From NCBI RefSeq assembly GCF_006345805.1, contig NW_021832002.1:1-62898 (forward strand): a DNA stretch of 62,898 nucleotides, in the 5' to 3' direction. The notes under the pieces are model-generated. The model saw nothing but the letters and a program-made list of their open reading frames with translations. It was not told the origin of the DNA and ran no database searches. A program made the translations under genes and the position numbers. Shown piece by piece: positions 25,666 through 40,337 of the stretch (position 1 is the first letter of the stretch; the number at the start of each line of letters is the position of its first letter). The DNA is from Octopus sinensis. Taxonomy: Eukaryota.

Positions 25666-26808
25666 ACTTACTCATCATCATCGTCATTGTTCGACCGTGG
25701 TCGAGACAATGGAACTTACTATGTTACGCCAGACTTCACGGTCCATCATAGCATTACGGGGGTCCTGTTGCTGGATGCCTGTATCCCTGGAGATTACATC
25801 AGGGTAGGAGAGTGTGCGCCCTCAGCCTCTCCTACGCCTATTTATTCTAAATATTCATTTGATCACATGCTTTCTGAAGATCAAGAATACTGTCAATCAA
25901 CCACATGTTTTTCATGTCCCTGAATTCTTTCTGAGCATTCGATTTAAGTCTTGTATTGAACCAATAAACGTTCATTTTGACAGAGTTGTTTTACATTGGC
26001 CCATTTATACGGATAATGGGCATTCTATTCTGTTATTATTATTATTATCAAAACAGTCCTTACTTAGTGATTTTTGCAAACCCACTACTTCTTTTGAAAA
26101 AGGTAATGTTCGTTTTTGAAGCCAACCCATATAGTAATATCTTCCATTGATTTCATGCAGGCCAGAGACATTATTTCTCCAAGTCTGCAGCATCAAGAGA
26201 TTTTTCAGCGCGGAAAATTCCACTTTCTAATTTTGTGCCATAATTTGAACAGCATAATAAACAGAACGCATACTTAAAGGTTTTAATAGAGAATATCTGA
26301 GACAGGAGCTAAAGCAACGATGCATATATAAAGTGCAAATGAGAGAGAGAGCAAGGAAGACTGAAAGAGCGAGAGAGAGAGAGAGAAATAGAGTGGTAAA
26401 GAGTGTAGAATAACGGTGGGAGATAAGTGTTTGTAGAGTCAGATCTAGAATGAGGATGACGGCGTCGTGCTAGATGCAGAGAGAACGCATTATGTCAGAC
26501 ACCATGAAAGCTAGGAAGCAATTAAAGAGGCGGGCGCCCCAAGAAGACGTTTACAAAAATTTTACAAGAAAAAAAATATGCATATTTTGAAATGTTCAAA
26601 AGTGAAAGAAATGAAACGAAGAGAAACAACGGAGAGAGAAAATTTAGTAAAGAACTCGAACAGTTTTTAATGCAATTCTCGACTTCACAGAAAAATAAAG
26701 CAATTAGATTAAGAAAATAAGTTTTAAGAATTAAGCCTGGCTTTGGCTGAGAGTAGTCAAGAGGTTATTCTTTGATTGACGATAGATTCATGCAGAGAAT
26801 GAAGAAAT

Positions 26809-26809
<1 letters not shown>

Positions 26810-26846
<37 letters not shown>

Positions 26847-27031
26847 TTATATATATATATAATTATATATATATATAGATATATATATATATATATATTA
26901 TATATATACATATATATATACATATATACATATTACATATTACATATATATATATATATATACATATAATAACAATATATATATATACAAATATATATAT
27001 ACATATATATATATAATATATAATATATATT

Positions 27032-27070
<39 letters not shown>

Positions 27071-27270
27071 ATATATACATATATATATTATATATACATA
27101 TATATATATACACATATATATATACACATATATATATACACATATGTGTGTATATATATATATATATGCATATATGTATACATATATATGTATACATAAC
27201 ATATATATATATTGTATATAAATGCATATATACACTAAACATATATATTTATATGTATGTGTGCAGAGAT
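26810..27270. repeat. (TA)n/(TACA)n microsatellite field
   Basis: Directly visible. Confidence 0.95.
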
Positions 27271-27657
27271 AGAGAGAGAGAGAGAAAGAGAGAGGAGTGA
27301 CGGGGAGAGAGAATTGAATAAGAACAAATGAGAAGAGATTTTCTTTCGTTTATTTTTTGAATTTTTCGAGGTCATGGAAATCTACGAAAAACATGCATAT
27401 TTAGAATGAAGAAAAATCGTCAGAGAAAAAAATATAGAAAAACAAAAGGGAGAAAGTATGTGACGACTAGAGCAGTTTGAAAAATTCTTGATTTAACAGA
27501 AAAAACTGCAAATAGATTTTTTTTAATGTTACAGAAATTAAGCTTACATTTTGGATGTAGAGGTCATTATTGGGTTGACATGAGAATTATTGCTAAAATG
27601 CATAATACATAAATGCATACACAAATACATACATACATACATACATACATACATACA

Positions 27658-27691
<34 letters not shown>

Positions 27692-27703
27692 GACATATAA
27701 TAC

Positions 27704-27736
<33 letters not shown>

Positions 27737-28065
27737 GGGTGGCTAATTCGCAATTCTACAACCTGAAGGCAAAAGTATATATGTCACTAAAGTGAACAAG
27801 GCCACTAGTCAGCACCAATATTGCTAGAAATAAAGACTCAAAACAACTCAATAACCAACAAAAGCACTATCTTAATGAGCTGAGAAGGAACACAAGCTCC
27901 TTGATGCTTTTTGTTCATGTGCAGCTCTCTCTATCTCTGTCTTGTGTCTCTCTCCCTCTCTCTCTCTCTCTGTCTCTGTATATTCAAAATGTGACCGCGT
28001 GTGTACCGTTGGCGATTTTTTCCTCCATCTTCCCTTCTCTGGATCTTTCCGTTTCCTATGTTTCT

Positions 28066-28290
28066 TATTTCTTTATTGCCCACAAGGGGCTAAACATAGA
28101 GGGGACAAACAAGGACAGACAAAGGGCATAAGTCGGTTACATCGACTCCAGTGCGTAACTGGTACTTAATTTATCGACCCCGAAAGATGAAAGGCAAAGT
28201 CGACCTCGGCGGAATTTGAACTCAGAATGTAGCGACGGGCGTAATACAGCTAAGCATTTCGCCCGGCGTGCTAACGTTTCTGCCAGCTCA
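28066..28290 (-). mobile_element. SINE family C monomer with 17-bp TSD
   Basis: TSD ccgtttcctatgtttct at 28049-28065 and 28291-28307. Confidence 0.92.
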
Positions 28291-28301
28291 CCGTTTCCTA
28301 T

Positions 28302-28336
28302 GTTTCTGACGAAGAGCTCCGCTCGAAACGTTAAAC
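28302..28336 (+). ncRNA. Minimal type I hammerhead motif (family G)
   Basis: GUUU CUGACGA A GAGC-UCC-GCUC GAAAC GUU AAAC. Confidence 0.7.
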
Positions 28337-28435
28337 CCTCCTTCTTCCCTTCCTTCCTGAGCGTCCAATAACACTATACTTGTTCCACGTCCTCGCGTTG
28401 TTGTGTTTTCTCTATGTGTTTTCATGTTTGGATTA

Positions 28436-28485
<50 letters not shown>

Positions 28486-28652
28486 TATGAATATTTGAGT
28501 AGTTGAATGAATTATTTTATTATGGATAATTCGGTTAACCGATCCTGGGTAGCAAATTCACGTCAGAAAAACACGGTTGAAACTACATGCCAAGGGCAGA
28601 GATCACGTGCTTTCGTGTGGAAATTGGAAATTTGTGTGTTTTTTTAATACAA

Positions 28653-28936
28653 ATAAATGAAAGAATGGAGTTGAACGACGAATTAACAAATTCCTTTATT
28701 CTAGACATATATTTCGAAGGCTGCATATTCATCTAATTTCGAAGGAATAAGGGATGCATTATGCCGCCTTCTCATCAAGAAAAACAAAAGGAACTTATGT
28801 CATATCAAGATGAACAAAAACTTTTAGATGGCTGCACCCCTTATTCCTTCGAAATTAGGAATATGCAGCCTTCGAAACATATGTCGAGAATAAAGGAATT
28901 TGTTTAATTCGTCGTTCAACTCTATTCTTTCATTTA
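28653..28936. repeat. Inverted repeat with arms of about 100 bp, containing hammerhead-like family H
   Basis: 28653-28753 mirrors 28831-28936; a related fragment lies at 11140-11200. Confidence 0.8.
28699..28783 (-). ncRNA. Hammerhead-like motif with long stem II (family H), probably decayed
   Basis: Minus strand UUUUC UUGAUGA GAAGGCgGCAU..AUGCaGCCUUC GAAA UAUAUG UC UAGAA; stem I weak. Confidence 0.45.
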
Positions 28937-29902
28937 TATATATATATTATATATATATATATATATATCTATATATATGTATGTAATACAGGCATCGATA
29001 GAAGACAGAAAGTGATAGTAACTGTTTATATGGAAGATGGATAGGAATATTTTATCCACCCCCAGTAGCATTTCCCCGAAATGATCGTAGGATGACCATT
29101 AGCCTTTATCTCTCCCATGGAATACCTTTGACACCTTTTAATTAATTATGTATGTTGAGTACATGTATCAGCAACTTTTCTCCTTCTTGTTTCTAACACG
29201 GATGTACCGAGTTCAGGCACTCGCTTACCATTTTATATTTTCATTATATATTCACGTGCATTTTTACATGTTCATATGTATTTATATGTATATTTTTATG
29301 CATATATGTATTTTTATGTAAATTTTTACGCGCATATATTTTTACTGTTTTTATGAGATTTGCTTTAAGTACTCCGATGTTATAAAGGAAAATTATTTAT
29401 CGATTATCTGAATTTTGTCACTTCTATCGATGCTTATATTATTCATATATAGCTCCTAATCTGAGCACTACATGCTTGTTCTATATACGGAATTCTTTCA
29501 TTTATTCTTTCCTTTTACTTATATATATATAAATACGCTAATACGCCAGAAGTATATGTCAAACGTCTAGAAATTTGTTCTCTTTTTGTCACAAGGCTGG
29601 ATGCAGGAAAATGGTCACGATGATTTATAAAATTTCAGACAACTCTATATCTTAAGATTTCGTGTTTTGTAAAAAAAAAATATGCTTTACAATCATCAAT
29701 TAAATATACCGACCATATATAATTGAAAAATATATATACGTACCGATAAATAATTGCATACAAATACCAATATATACATATATTTGCTACGTATATATCA
29801 GACCTAGTTGCCCATTTCAACCACGTGCTTAATGTTAGAATAGTACCGGAGAAAATATAATGACTACAGAACTCAAATATATGAGCGTGTCTGTGTGTGT
29901 GT

Positions 29903-30562
29903 GTGTGTGTATAAATTGAGGATATAATCACTAATATTCTTATATCAGTAGCCAGCGTATATAAACTACCATATCGATAAAATTCATATTCAAGTATATA
30001 ATTATAACTAAGGGAGCTGGAGGGACAACGGGCAATACGCTAGAAGTAGATCTGAAATGTCTACAAAGCACTCTAAAGTTGTTCTCCTTTTGACACAAGG
30101 CTGAATGCAGAGAAATGGCAAGAAAATTTATAAAATTTCAGACATCTTTAACTCATAAGATTTCGTGCTTTGTAATAAATATGACTTTACACTCATCAGT
30201 AGAATATACCGATCATATATATATTTCACTTATATACGATCGGTATATTGTACTGTTGAGTGTAAAGTCATTTTTATTACAAAGCACCAATTCTTAAGGC
30301 ATAGAGTTGTATGAAATTTTATAAGTCTGCTTGTCCTTTTCCCCGCGTTCGTCCTTGTGCCAAAAGGAGAACAAATTTAGAGTGGTTTGGAGACATTGGC
30401 ATCTATTTCTAGCGTTTTGGCGTTGTCCCTCCGGCACACTTACTTATGATTATATATTTATAATTATATACTAAAATATTAATTTTACCGATATGGTGGT
30501 TTATATACGCTGGCTACTGATATAATCATTTTAATGATTATATCCTCAATTTATACACACAC
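29903..30562. mobile_element. Old foldback element with diverged arms of about 320 bp
   Basis: Arms centred near 30225 (ataccgatc..gatcggtat); a partial direct copy of the left arm lies at 29540-29780. Confidence 0.75.
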
Positions 30563-30684
30563 ACATATGCACACACATATATGTCTATATCTATCAATTT
30601 TTCTAGTTATCTATTCTTTTATATATGATATTAACTTTTATTTCAAGGTTTCTTGCTAAAATGAGGAAGAGCTGGTTTCAGTTT

Positions 30685-30985
30685 CGTTTCCCAAAACCTC
30701 ATTTACGTAATCAGATGCTCGGGCTGCCTTCGAAACTATATTGGCTCGACAGGAAATTCGGTCCGAAAGAGATATATGGTCCACAGACTAAAATTTCCTT
30801 CCCACAATATCGCCAAATGTACCTTAGCCAACACGTTGACGAACGTATAGAAAAATTACAATCACAATTCGTAATTTTCCCAGTTTATCAATTTGCCTTC
30901 TGGACCTCAACACAAATAAGACTGAATAAAGAAGCCTCATTTATCCAAAAATATAAACCAGAATTATATATGAACCCATACTAAA
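30685..30985 (+). pseudogene. PLE GIY-YIG endonuclease fragment
   Basis: SQNLIYVIRCSGCLRNYIGSTGNSVRKR, then after a frameshift FPQYRQMYLSQHVDE..FVIFPVYQF..RLNKEASFIQKYKPEL. Confidence 0.85.
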
Positions 30986-31454
30986 AATAAAGGACTTACT
31001 CCATCTGATGTAAGATATAACCCCCCCCCCCCAAAAAAAAAAATAGAGAACAGAAAAACCCTGAAAAAATAAAAATTACAGACTTACCTCCCCTTTACTG
31101 CAAAATACATGAGTGAACAATTATTTCCCGTAACAATATGTCTTTTCCCCCAAGCAATATATCTTTTTCAACTCTTAGCTTCATGCGCAATGCGCAAGCG
31201 GTCCTCACTTCAATTATGTTGAAAGAACAAAACCTTATTTTATACAAAATTGTAAAATATTATTATCATGATTCTAACATACTCATAAATCATGTAAAAC
31301 AATGTTTTTTTTTTCATATTTTCTCTTTGTTTATATTTGTCCACACCGTGAGTTTCCCCACTAGAATATTTTCTACCTTTTATATATATGCATACATATA
31401 CGCACATGGAAACGCACGCACTCACACACACGCATGTAAATGTATAATTATATG

Positions 31455-31751
31455 GGATTGCACCTAGAAAGTTACCCTCCTAGACACAAGTCTGGGCAAG
31501 GTTGTTTTTATGGAAGGCCAGCAGTCGCCCATGCATACCAGCCTCCCCTCTCCACGCCACCAGTGTTATCCAAGGGAAAGACAAAGGTCGATACAGCTTG
31601 GCACCAGTGACGTCGCAACTCATTTCTACAGTTGAGTGAACTGGAGCAACGTGAAATAAAGTGCCTTGCTCGAAAACACAACACGCAGCCCGGTCCGGGA
31701 TTCGAGCTCACAACCTCACGATCGTAAGCTCGACGCTCTAACCACTGAGCC

Positions 31752-31752
<1 letters not shown>
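31455..31752 (-). mobile_element. tRNA-derived SINE (B-like head)
   Basis: Minus strand atggctcagtggttagagcgtcgagcttacgatcgtgaggttgtgagctcgaatcccgg carries A and B boxes. Confidence 0.8.
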
Positions 31753-31774
<22 letters not shown>

Positions 31775-31786
<12 letters not shown>

Positions 31787-31950
31787 GCGTTCTTTTCGTC
31801 TCGGGAGACAATGGAGTTGCGCATAGAATAATCTACTCCGGATTTTAGATCTCCTGCTATGGTTGTGTAGTCCTATCCTGGACAAACACTCCCTCTGGCT
31901 GGTGCCGCAAATGTAGCGAAGACTGTTCCTGGTTGGTTGTGATGTCATAG
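31775..31950 (-). pseudogene. RTE-clade LINE 3' end remnant
   Basis: CGTSQRECLSRIGLHNHSRRS matches the RTE C-terminal C..C.R.C.SRIGL.SH pattern; (caa)n tail. Confidence 0.65.
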
Positions 31951-31983
31951 TTTCTTGTTGACGTCTTTTCTTGTCTTTCCATT

Positions 31984-32023
<40 letters not shown>

Positions 32024-32964
32024 CTCTCTCTGTCACTCCTTTGTATTCCCTCTTTTACGGTACGTCGCCAATCTCCACGCAGAAAATTTATCGTTAGCAA
32101 ACACGTGTCTGAATGAGAAGATATCTTAAGGCGAATAGCGCAGTACTGGGCGTTTCATCAAATGTTGCCGAAAGAGTCACTGTAATTTTATATATCTTTG
32201 ACATTGAGATGTGGCAGATATGCAACGAGCGATCACGTGGCTCTGTAGAAATGCAATATGCTGATTTCACGTGATCTGGGAGTCCCGGTGCCCATTCACG
32301 GCGGGTCTCGCCTCCTAACGCTGTCTTTTGCTTTTAGAACAGTGTGTCTGTATGAGAGGGCTCGCAAGTCGAAAACAATAGAATTTGGCACTCACGTTGA
32401 GAACGATGTATTAAAATAGGCTGCCATTATATGGAGATTATCATTCGTTATTAATACTTTTTCTGTTGCTATTATATATTTATATATGCACATATATACG
32501 TATTCGGTAAATTTCTTTCAGTTTTGTCTACCACGTTTACATAGAAGCCTTAGATTGGCTCGGTGCTAATAGACACTCGCCTAAGGTAATGTTCAGTGAG
32601 AATGAACCTTACCAAGGTCACTTGAATAGCAAGGGGAGTTCAAAACCTTATAGTCACGCTAAGGACACGCACAAATATATACTCATGCACAATCACATAC
32701 AGATGTAAAAATTACTCTATACATAGAGGGACATATATTCAGGCATATGTGTTTATTTGTATGTGTGATTAAAACACATAATATAGTAGAACACACACTC
32801 ACATACACAAGGACCTAGCCACATGTAGTACACACATACACTGAAGTCAATATAAAACGATGGCTATCCGATACAAAAGCAGTGTTGCTGTATTTCTAAT
32901 TCTAAAGCTTCTTTATTTCATTTAACAGACGATACGTTGTAAATAGGAAAGAATATGGCGTAAA

Positions 32965-33655
<691 letters not shown>

Positions 33656-34199
33656 CAACACATATAAGCATGTGACCTGTGTTGCTCTATCTTTCTTCAA
33701 GCAAGCTTTACAATATATGCAGAACCGAGCTAACCGTATGTGCCACCACCCTCTTATAGAAAGTGGAATGAGTAAAATGAAGTCAAAGGGTGGAGGGAGG
33801 GCCTGGCTCTAGCAACTACATCACAATAACCATTCGGTTCCATTCTTGTCTCTAATCGATAACAATAATATTGTTGCGTAGAACCGCGTCCTGATTATCA
33901 ATGCTGATCGATTACTTTTTAGTGGAAATGTTTGGCGTGTGTATGTGTGTTTGTGTTGGTGTCTATCTGTGTGTGTGTGTGTGTGTGTGTGTAAAGCTGG
34001 TTTGTGGGAGAAGGGTGACAGACGGGTGAAGGTGACAGGCGGAGCGCTTATTTGTAGACGTTTCTCTTAATTCATTTCGATACACACACACACACACACA
34101 CACGCACACCCACACATGCACACAAACATACAGTCAATCACAGAGAAACAGCCACATGGTACTAAAGTAAAGGTACGCACCTGTGTTCATGTTCGTTTG

Positions 34200-35700
<1,501 letters not shown>

Positions 35701-35758
35701 TTATGCGTAAATTAATGCTATAAATATGTGCGGACATGTGTCAGTGCTTGTTCATATG

Positions 35759-35801
<43 letters not shown>

Positions 35802-35984
35802 TATTGTGTGAATATCTCTGAGTAACGGCATTACAGAAAAGAGTGAGCGTTAACTATAATATAATAGAATAGAATATAATAGAAATACATATATATGAAT
35901 ATTGAAAAGCTCATGTCAGAGAGTCAAGAACATAATAACAACTGCAGCAGTTAGAATATAACTATCACTATCAAGACTAACGAT

Positions 35985-36065
35985 GCTGCTGCTACTACTA
36001 CTACTACAACAACTACTACTACTACTACTACTACTCTACTACTACTACTACTACTACACTACTAA

Positions 36066-36115
<50 letters not shown>

Positions 36116-36727
36116 GAATAATTATAATATAATAGTATAATAATAATAATGATAATAATAATAATAATAAATATAAAATAATAATAATAATGATAATAAT
36201 AATAGTAATAATAATAATAATGATAATAATAATAATAATAATAATGATAATAATGATAATAATAATAATGATAATAATAATAATAATAATATAGTAATAA
36301 TATAATAATGATAATAATAATGATAATAATTAATAATATGATAATAATAATATAATAATATCTAAAATAATAATAATATAATAATAATAATAATAGAATA
36401 ATAATAGATATAATAATAATAATGTAATAATAATAATAATATAATAATAATATAATAATAATAATAGTAATAATAATAATAATGATAATAATAATAATAA
36501 TATAATAATAATTATAATAATAATAGAATAATAATAATAATAATAAAATTGATGATGATAAAAATAATAGTAATAATAGTAAAAATATAAATAATATTAA
36601 TAATGATCATGATGATCATGATGATGAGAAGAAAAGAAAAAGAAGGCGTAGGAGGAGCAGAATGGACTCAAATTTCAATAAAAATAATAAAAATATTATT
36701 ATTATTGTTATTATTATTATTATTATT

Positions 36728-36786
<59 letters not shown>

Positions 36787-36830
36787 TAATAATAATAATG
36801 ACAACAATAACAATGATATAATAATAATAA
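35985..36830. repeat. (CTA)n then long imperfect (AAT)n microsatellite
   Basis: Directly visible. Confidence 0.95.
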
Positions 36831-37152
36831 AGAGGAGGAAAAGAAGAAGAGGAGGGGGAAGGTAGAAGAAGAGGGTGAGGAGGGGAGGGTTGTGGAGGAG
36901 GAAGAGGGGCAGGAGGAGCAGTTGAGAGGAAGAGAGGAAGTGGAGGAGGGGGAAATGGAGCAGGAGGAAGAGGAGAAGAGGTCGAGGATCGAGGGGGTGG
37001 AAAATGGTTTAAAATTTTCTCAGAAGGTTAGCTATTTCGGGTGGGGGCTGGATAATTTGATTACATCGACCTCAGTGCTGAACTTGTACTATCGACCCTG
37101 AAAGGATGAAAGGCCAAGTCGACCTCGGAAGCTCACAGGAAGATTAACTCGA

Positions 37153-37186
<34 letters not shown>

Positions 37187-37547
37187 ACACACACACGCAG
37201 ACGAACATGTATATTCTGGAGGCACAAACCCTTCATTCCATGCTTCTCTAGTCAATTCAGCGGGTAAAAATGAGTAAGCGTGCAACGGAGTGGCGACCCG
37301 TTCAGGGAGTAATATGTAAACCAAGGAGCATGGAAAACGGCGCTAATGCGCCTTACAGAATTATGTGAAACAACAGTATATATATATATACATACTCTCT
37401 TATACACACATGCACCTTCATGTTGGGGCGAAGTCACTTGACCCTGTTATCTCCCCTGCTATCCTTCTAGCGTCTAACGTCTGACCTCTGACCTCTGACT
37501 TCTGCCTAAAATCAGAATGCCATGATGAACAGTTAGCTCCTACACAC

Positions 37548-37726
37548 ATTTTTTCTCTCCTTGTTTCTCTCCGTGTTTCTTTTCTGTGTATCTTTCTGTC
37601 GAAGAGCGTAGGCTCGAAACGTAAAAAACTTGTTTTATTTCTATTCCTGAGCGCCATACTAATACAATTATTTGTTTGTACTCCACCTGCCTTCGTATTT
37701 TGTTTATTTTCGTAAACCTTCCCGTT
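37548..37726 (+). repeat. Dispersed repeat family E, copy 2
   Basis: Homologous to 6749-6928. Confidence 0.85.
37591..37628 (+). ncRNA. Minimal hammerhead-like motif, A6U variant (family E)
   Basis: UCUUU CUGUCGA A GAGC-GUAG-GCUC GAAAC GUA AAAAA; core identical to 6791-6828. Confidence 0.55.
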
Positions 37727-37739
37727 ATATATATATATA

Positions 37740-38130
37740 GGTGCAGAAGTGGCTGTGTGGTAAGGGGGTTGCTTCCCAACCACGGGGTTACGGGTTCAGT
37801 CCCACTGCGTGACACATTGGGTAAGTGTCTTTTACTATAGCCTCGGGCCGATCAAAGCCTTGTGAGTGGATTTGGTTGACGGAAACTGAAAGAAGAAGCC
37901 CGTCGTACGCATATGGCTATGTGTATATCCTTGTATCTGTGTTTGTGTCCCCACTATCGTTTGACAACCGATGGTGGTGGGTTTACGTTCCCGTAACTGA
38001 GCAGTTCGGTAAAAGACACCGATAGAGTAAATAACAGGGTTACAAAGAATAAGTCTAGGGGCCGATTTTTTTTTACTAAAGACAGTGCTCCAGCATGGTC
38101 GCAGTCAAATTATTGAAACGAGTATAAGAA
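37740..38130 (+). mobile_element. SINE family A
   Basis: Head ggtgcagaagtggctgtgtggtaag and tail gtcaaattattgaaacgagtataaga. Confidence 0.8.
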
Positions 38131-38173
38131 TATATATGTGTGAATATATATATTGTATATGTATATATGTGTG

Positions 38174-38233
<60 letters not shown>

Positions 38234-38495
38234 ATTATATATATATATATATATTACATATGTAATGTATAATAAAATTTTTGGGAAAAAATTTTATCAA
38301 TGGCCAGCATATTAAAGAATACCTTTAAAGGTTAAATTATAAACCACTTATAAATAAGGGCAAACGATAAAATTTCTAATGCCAAATATGCCGAAAATTG
38401 GACATATTGTCCATTTACCATGTAATTTTTTTTCCAATACGCACGCTACTCGGAAAAAGGTCGATAGAAATCTCTAAAAAATTCCATTATTACCA

Positions 38496-38549
38496 TATCG
38501 GACCGATTTCAGGGTTAGTTCATAAAGAACCCTCCCTTCGTCAGTGATA
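38496..38549 (-). ncRNA. Type I hammerhead motif (family I, left arm)
   Basis: Exact reverse complement of 38653-38706. Confidence 0.65.
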
Positions 38550-38652
38550 TTTCTATTTTGGATTTATTTGGGGTACTTAGTTGTGCTCATGACTTAGTGT
38601 TTGCTTCTTCCATAGGTATAAGTAAGTATCTCATTTACTTCTTTGCCACATG

Positions 38653-38706
38653 TATCACTGACGAAGGGAGGGTTCTTTATGAACTAACCCTGAAATCGGT
38701 CCGATA
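38653..38706 (+). ncRNA. Type I hammerhead motif (family I, right arm)
   Basis: UAUCA CUGACGA AGGG-AGG-GUUC-UUUAU-GAAC-UAA-CCCU GAAA UCGG UC CGAUA; A-C mismatch at the first stem I pair. Confidence 0.65.
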
Positions 38707-38856
38707 TGGTAATAATGGAATTTTTTAGAGATTTCTATCGACCTTTTTTCGAGTGGCGTGCGCATTGGAAAAAAATTATATGGTAAATGGACAATATGTC
38801 CAATTTTCGGCATATTTGGCATTAGAAATTTTTTCGTTTGCCCTTATTTATAAGTT

Positions 38857-38933
<77 letters not shown>

Positions 38934-39008
38934 TGTATATATATGCATATATATTATGCATATATATATATACATATATAATGCATATATATGTACATAT
39001 ATATATGC

Positions 39009-39046
<38 letters not shown>

Positions 39047-39506
39047 TGTGCATGTGTGTGTGCTAAAGAAATGATGCCTGTCAAGATGTAGAACAGTCCA
39101 CGCAATAAATCTTCATACAATATAATCATGTCAAGTTTACACATGTGTGTTTGTGTTTGTGAATGTCTACCGTGTGTATATATTTATGTATACACATTAT
39201 ACATATAATGTATACAAGTTTATATGTCTTGTATATACACATAAACTCAGGCACTAATCAGCTAACACGCACAGGTACGCATATACGCGCTCACGCACAC
39301 ATGCCAGAAGATGTCTTTGAGAAACATCAACAAATGGAATTGGTATAAAACTTCAGGCAAAAATATAACATTCATTGAGCACATACATTAGTGTGCGTTC
39401 GTGTGTATCTTCATATACATCGACACACACACACACACACAACACACACCACACCACAATACTCACACATGCACGCACAACACATAACAGGCTATAACGT
39501 AATATA

Positions 39507-39538
<32 letters not shown>

Positions 39539-40029
39539 TATATTTTTTTAATATAATATTATCTATACGATATTGTATACATGTATGTCCATATATAAAT
39601 AATATATGTAACCTTGCTTTATGACCGACTCGCATTATTATATGTATACATACGCTCACAACACTTTTTTTTTTATACATACATACTCAAATGTGCATGG
39701 GTGGGTGTGAGTTTGTGTGTATGTGTGCCTATTTATATATATATATATATAGTATATATATATATATATATATTTACAGCATAATACACACAGTTAAATG
39801 TTAAAGTTTGCACATGAAAGGAAAAGCCTTTATTTAATACAAGATGTAGAGTGTATCCACATAGTTCTTTAGACGCAAAATTATTCATAGCTGTGAGATG
39901 GAGTGAGATTTCCTAATACTTAATTTTACGGCTGAAGGAACCAACTAAACAGTTGCTACCTTTTTGCTTGTGTACTTATAAGCAATACTCCAAAAACATA
40001 CACATGACCGCAAAATACACATACATAGT

Positions 40030-40066
<37 letters not shown>

Positions 40067-40069
<3 letters not shown>

Positions 40070-40245
40070 AATCAAAACATGAACAAGCAAGAAAAAACAA
40101 CAACGCGAGGATGTGGAACAAGTACTGTGTAATTGGACGCTCATGAAACGAAAGAAAAGAGGATTTCAGGTTTCAAGCGGAGCTTTTCATCAGAAATATA
40201 GAAAAAGTCTAAAGAAGGGAAGATGGAGAAAGAAAATCGCCAATG
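40067..40245 (-). repeat. Family G copy 2 with decayed hammerhead at 40163-40197
   Basis: Minus strand AUUU CUGAUGA A AAGC-UCC-GCUU GAAAC CUG AAAU; stems covary with 28302-28336 but the cleavage triplet is lost. Confidence 0.6.
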
Positions 40246-40276
40246 AGTAATTATTATTTAAGTATATAGATATATA

Positions 40277-40337
<61 letters not shown>

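Larger units (their letters stand above)
28005..28438 (+). repeat. Dispersed repeat family G (carries hammerhead), interrupted by a SINE C
   Basis: Homologous to the minus strand of 40067-40245 once 28066-28290 is removed. Confidence 0.75.
38338..38863. repeat. Palindromic element with arms of about 212 bp and a 103-bp spacer (family I)
   Basis: 38338-38549 is the reverse complement of 38653-38863, with about 6 substitutions and 1 indel by eye. Confidence 0.92.

Noticed and set aside
25820-26260. Coding-looking segment around ORF 26005-26223
   Set aside because: No recognisable motif; may be upstream LINE sequence but I cannot assign it.
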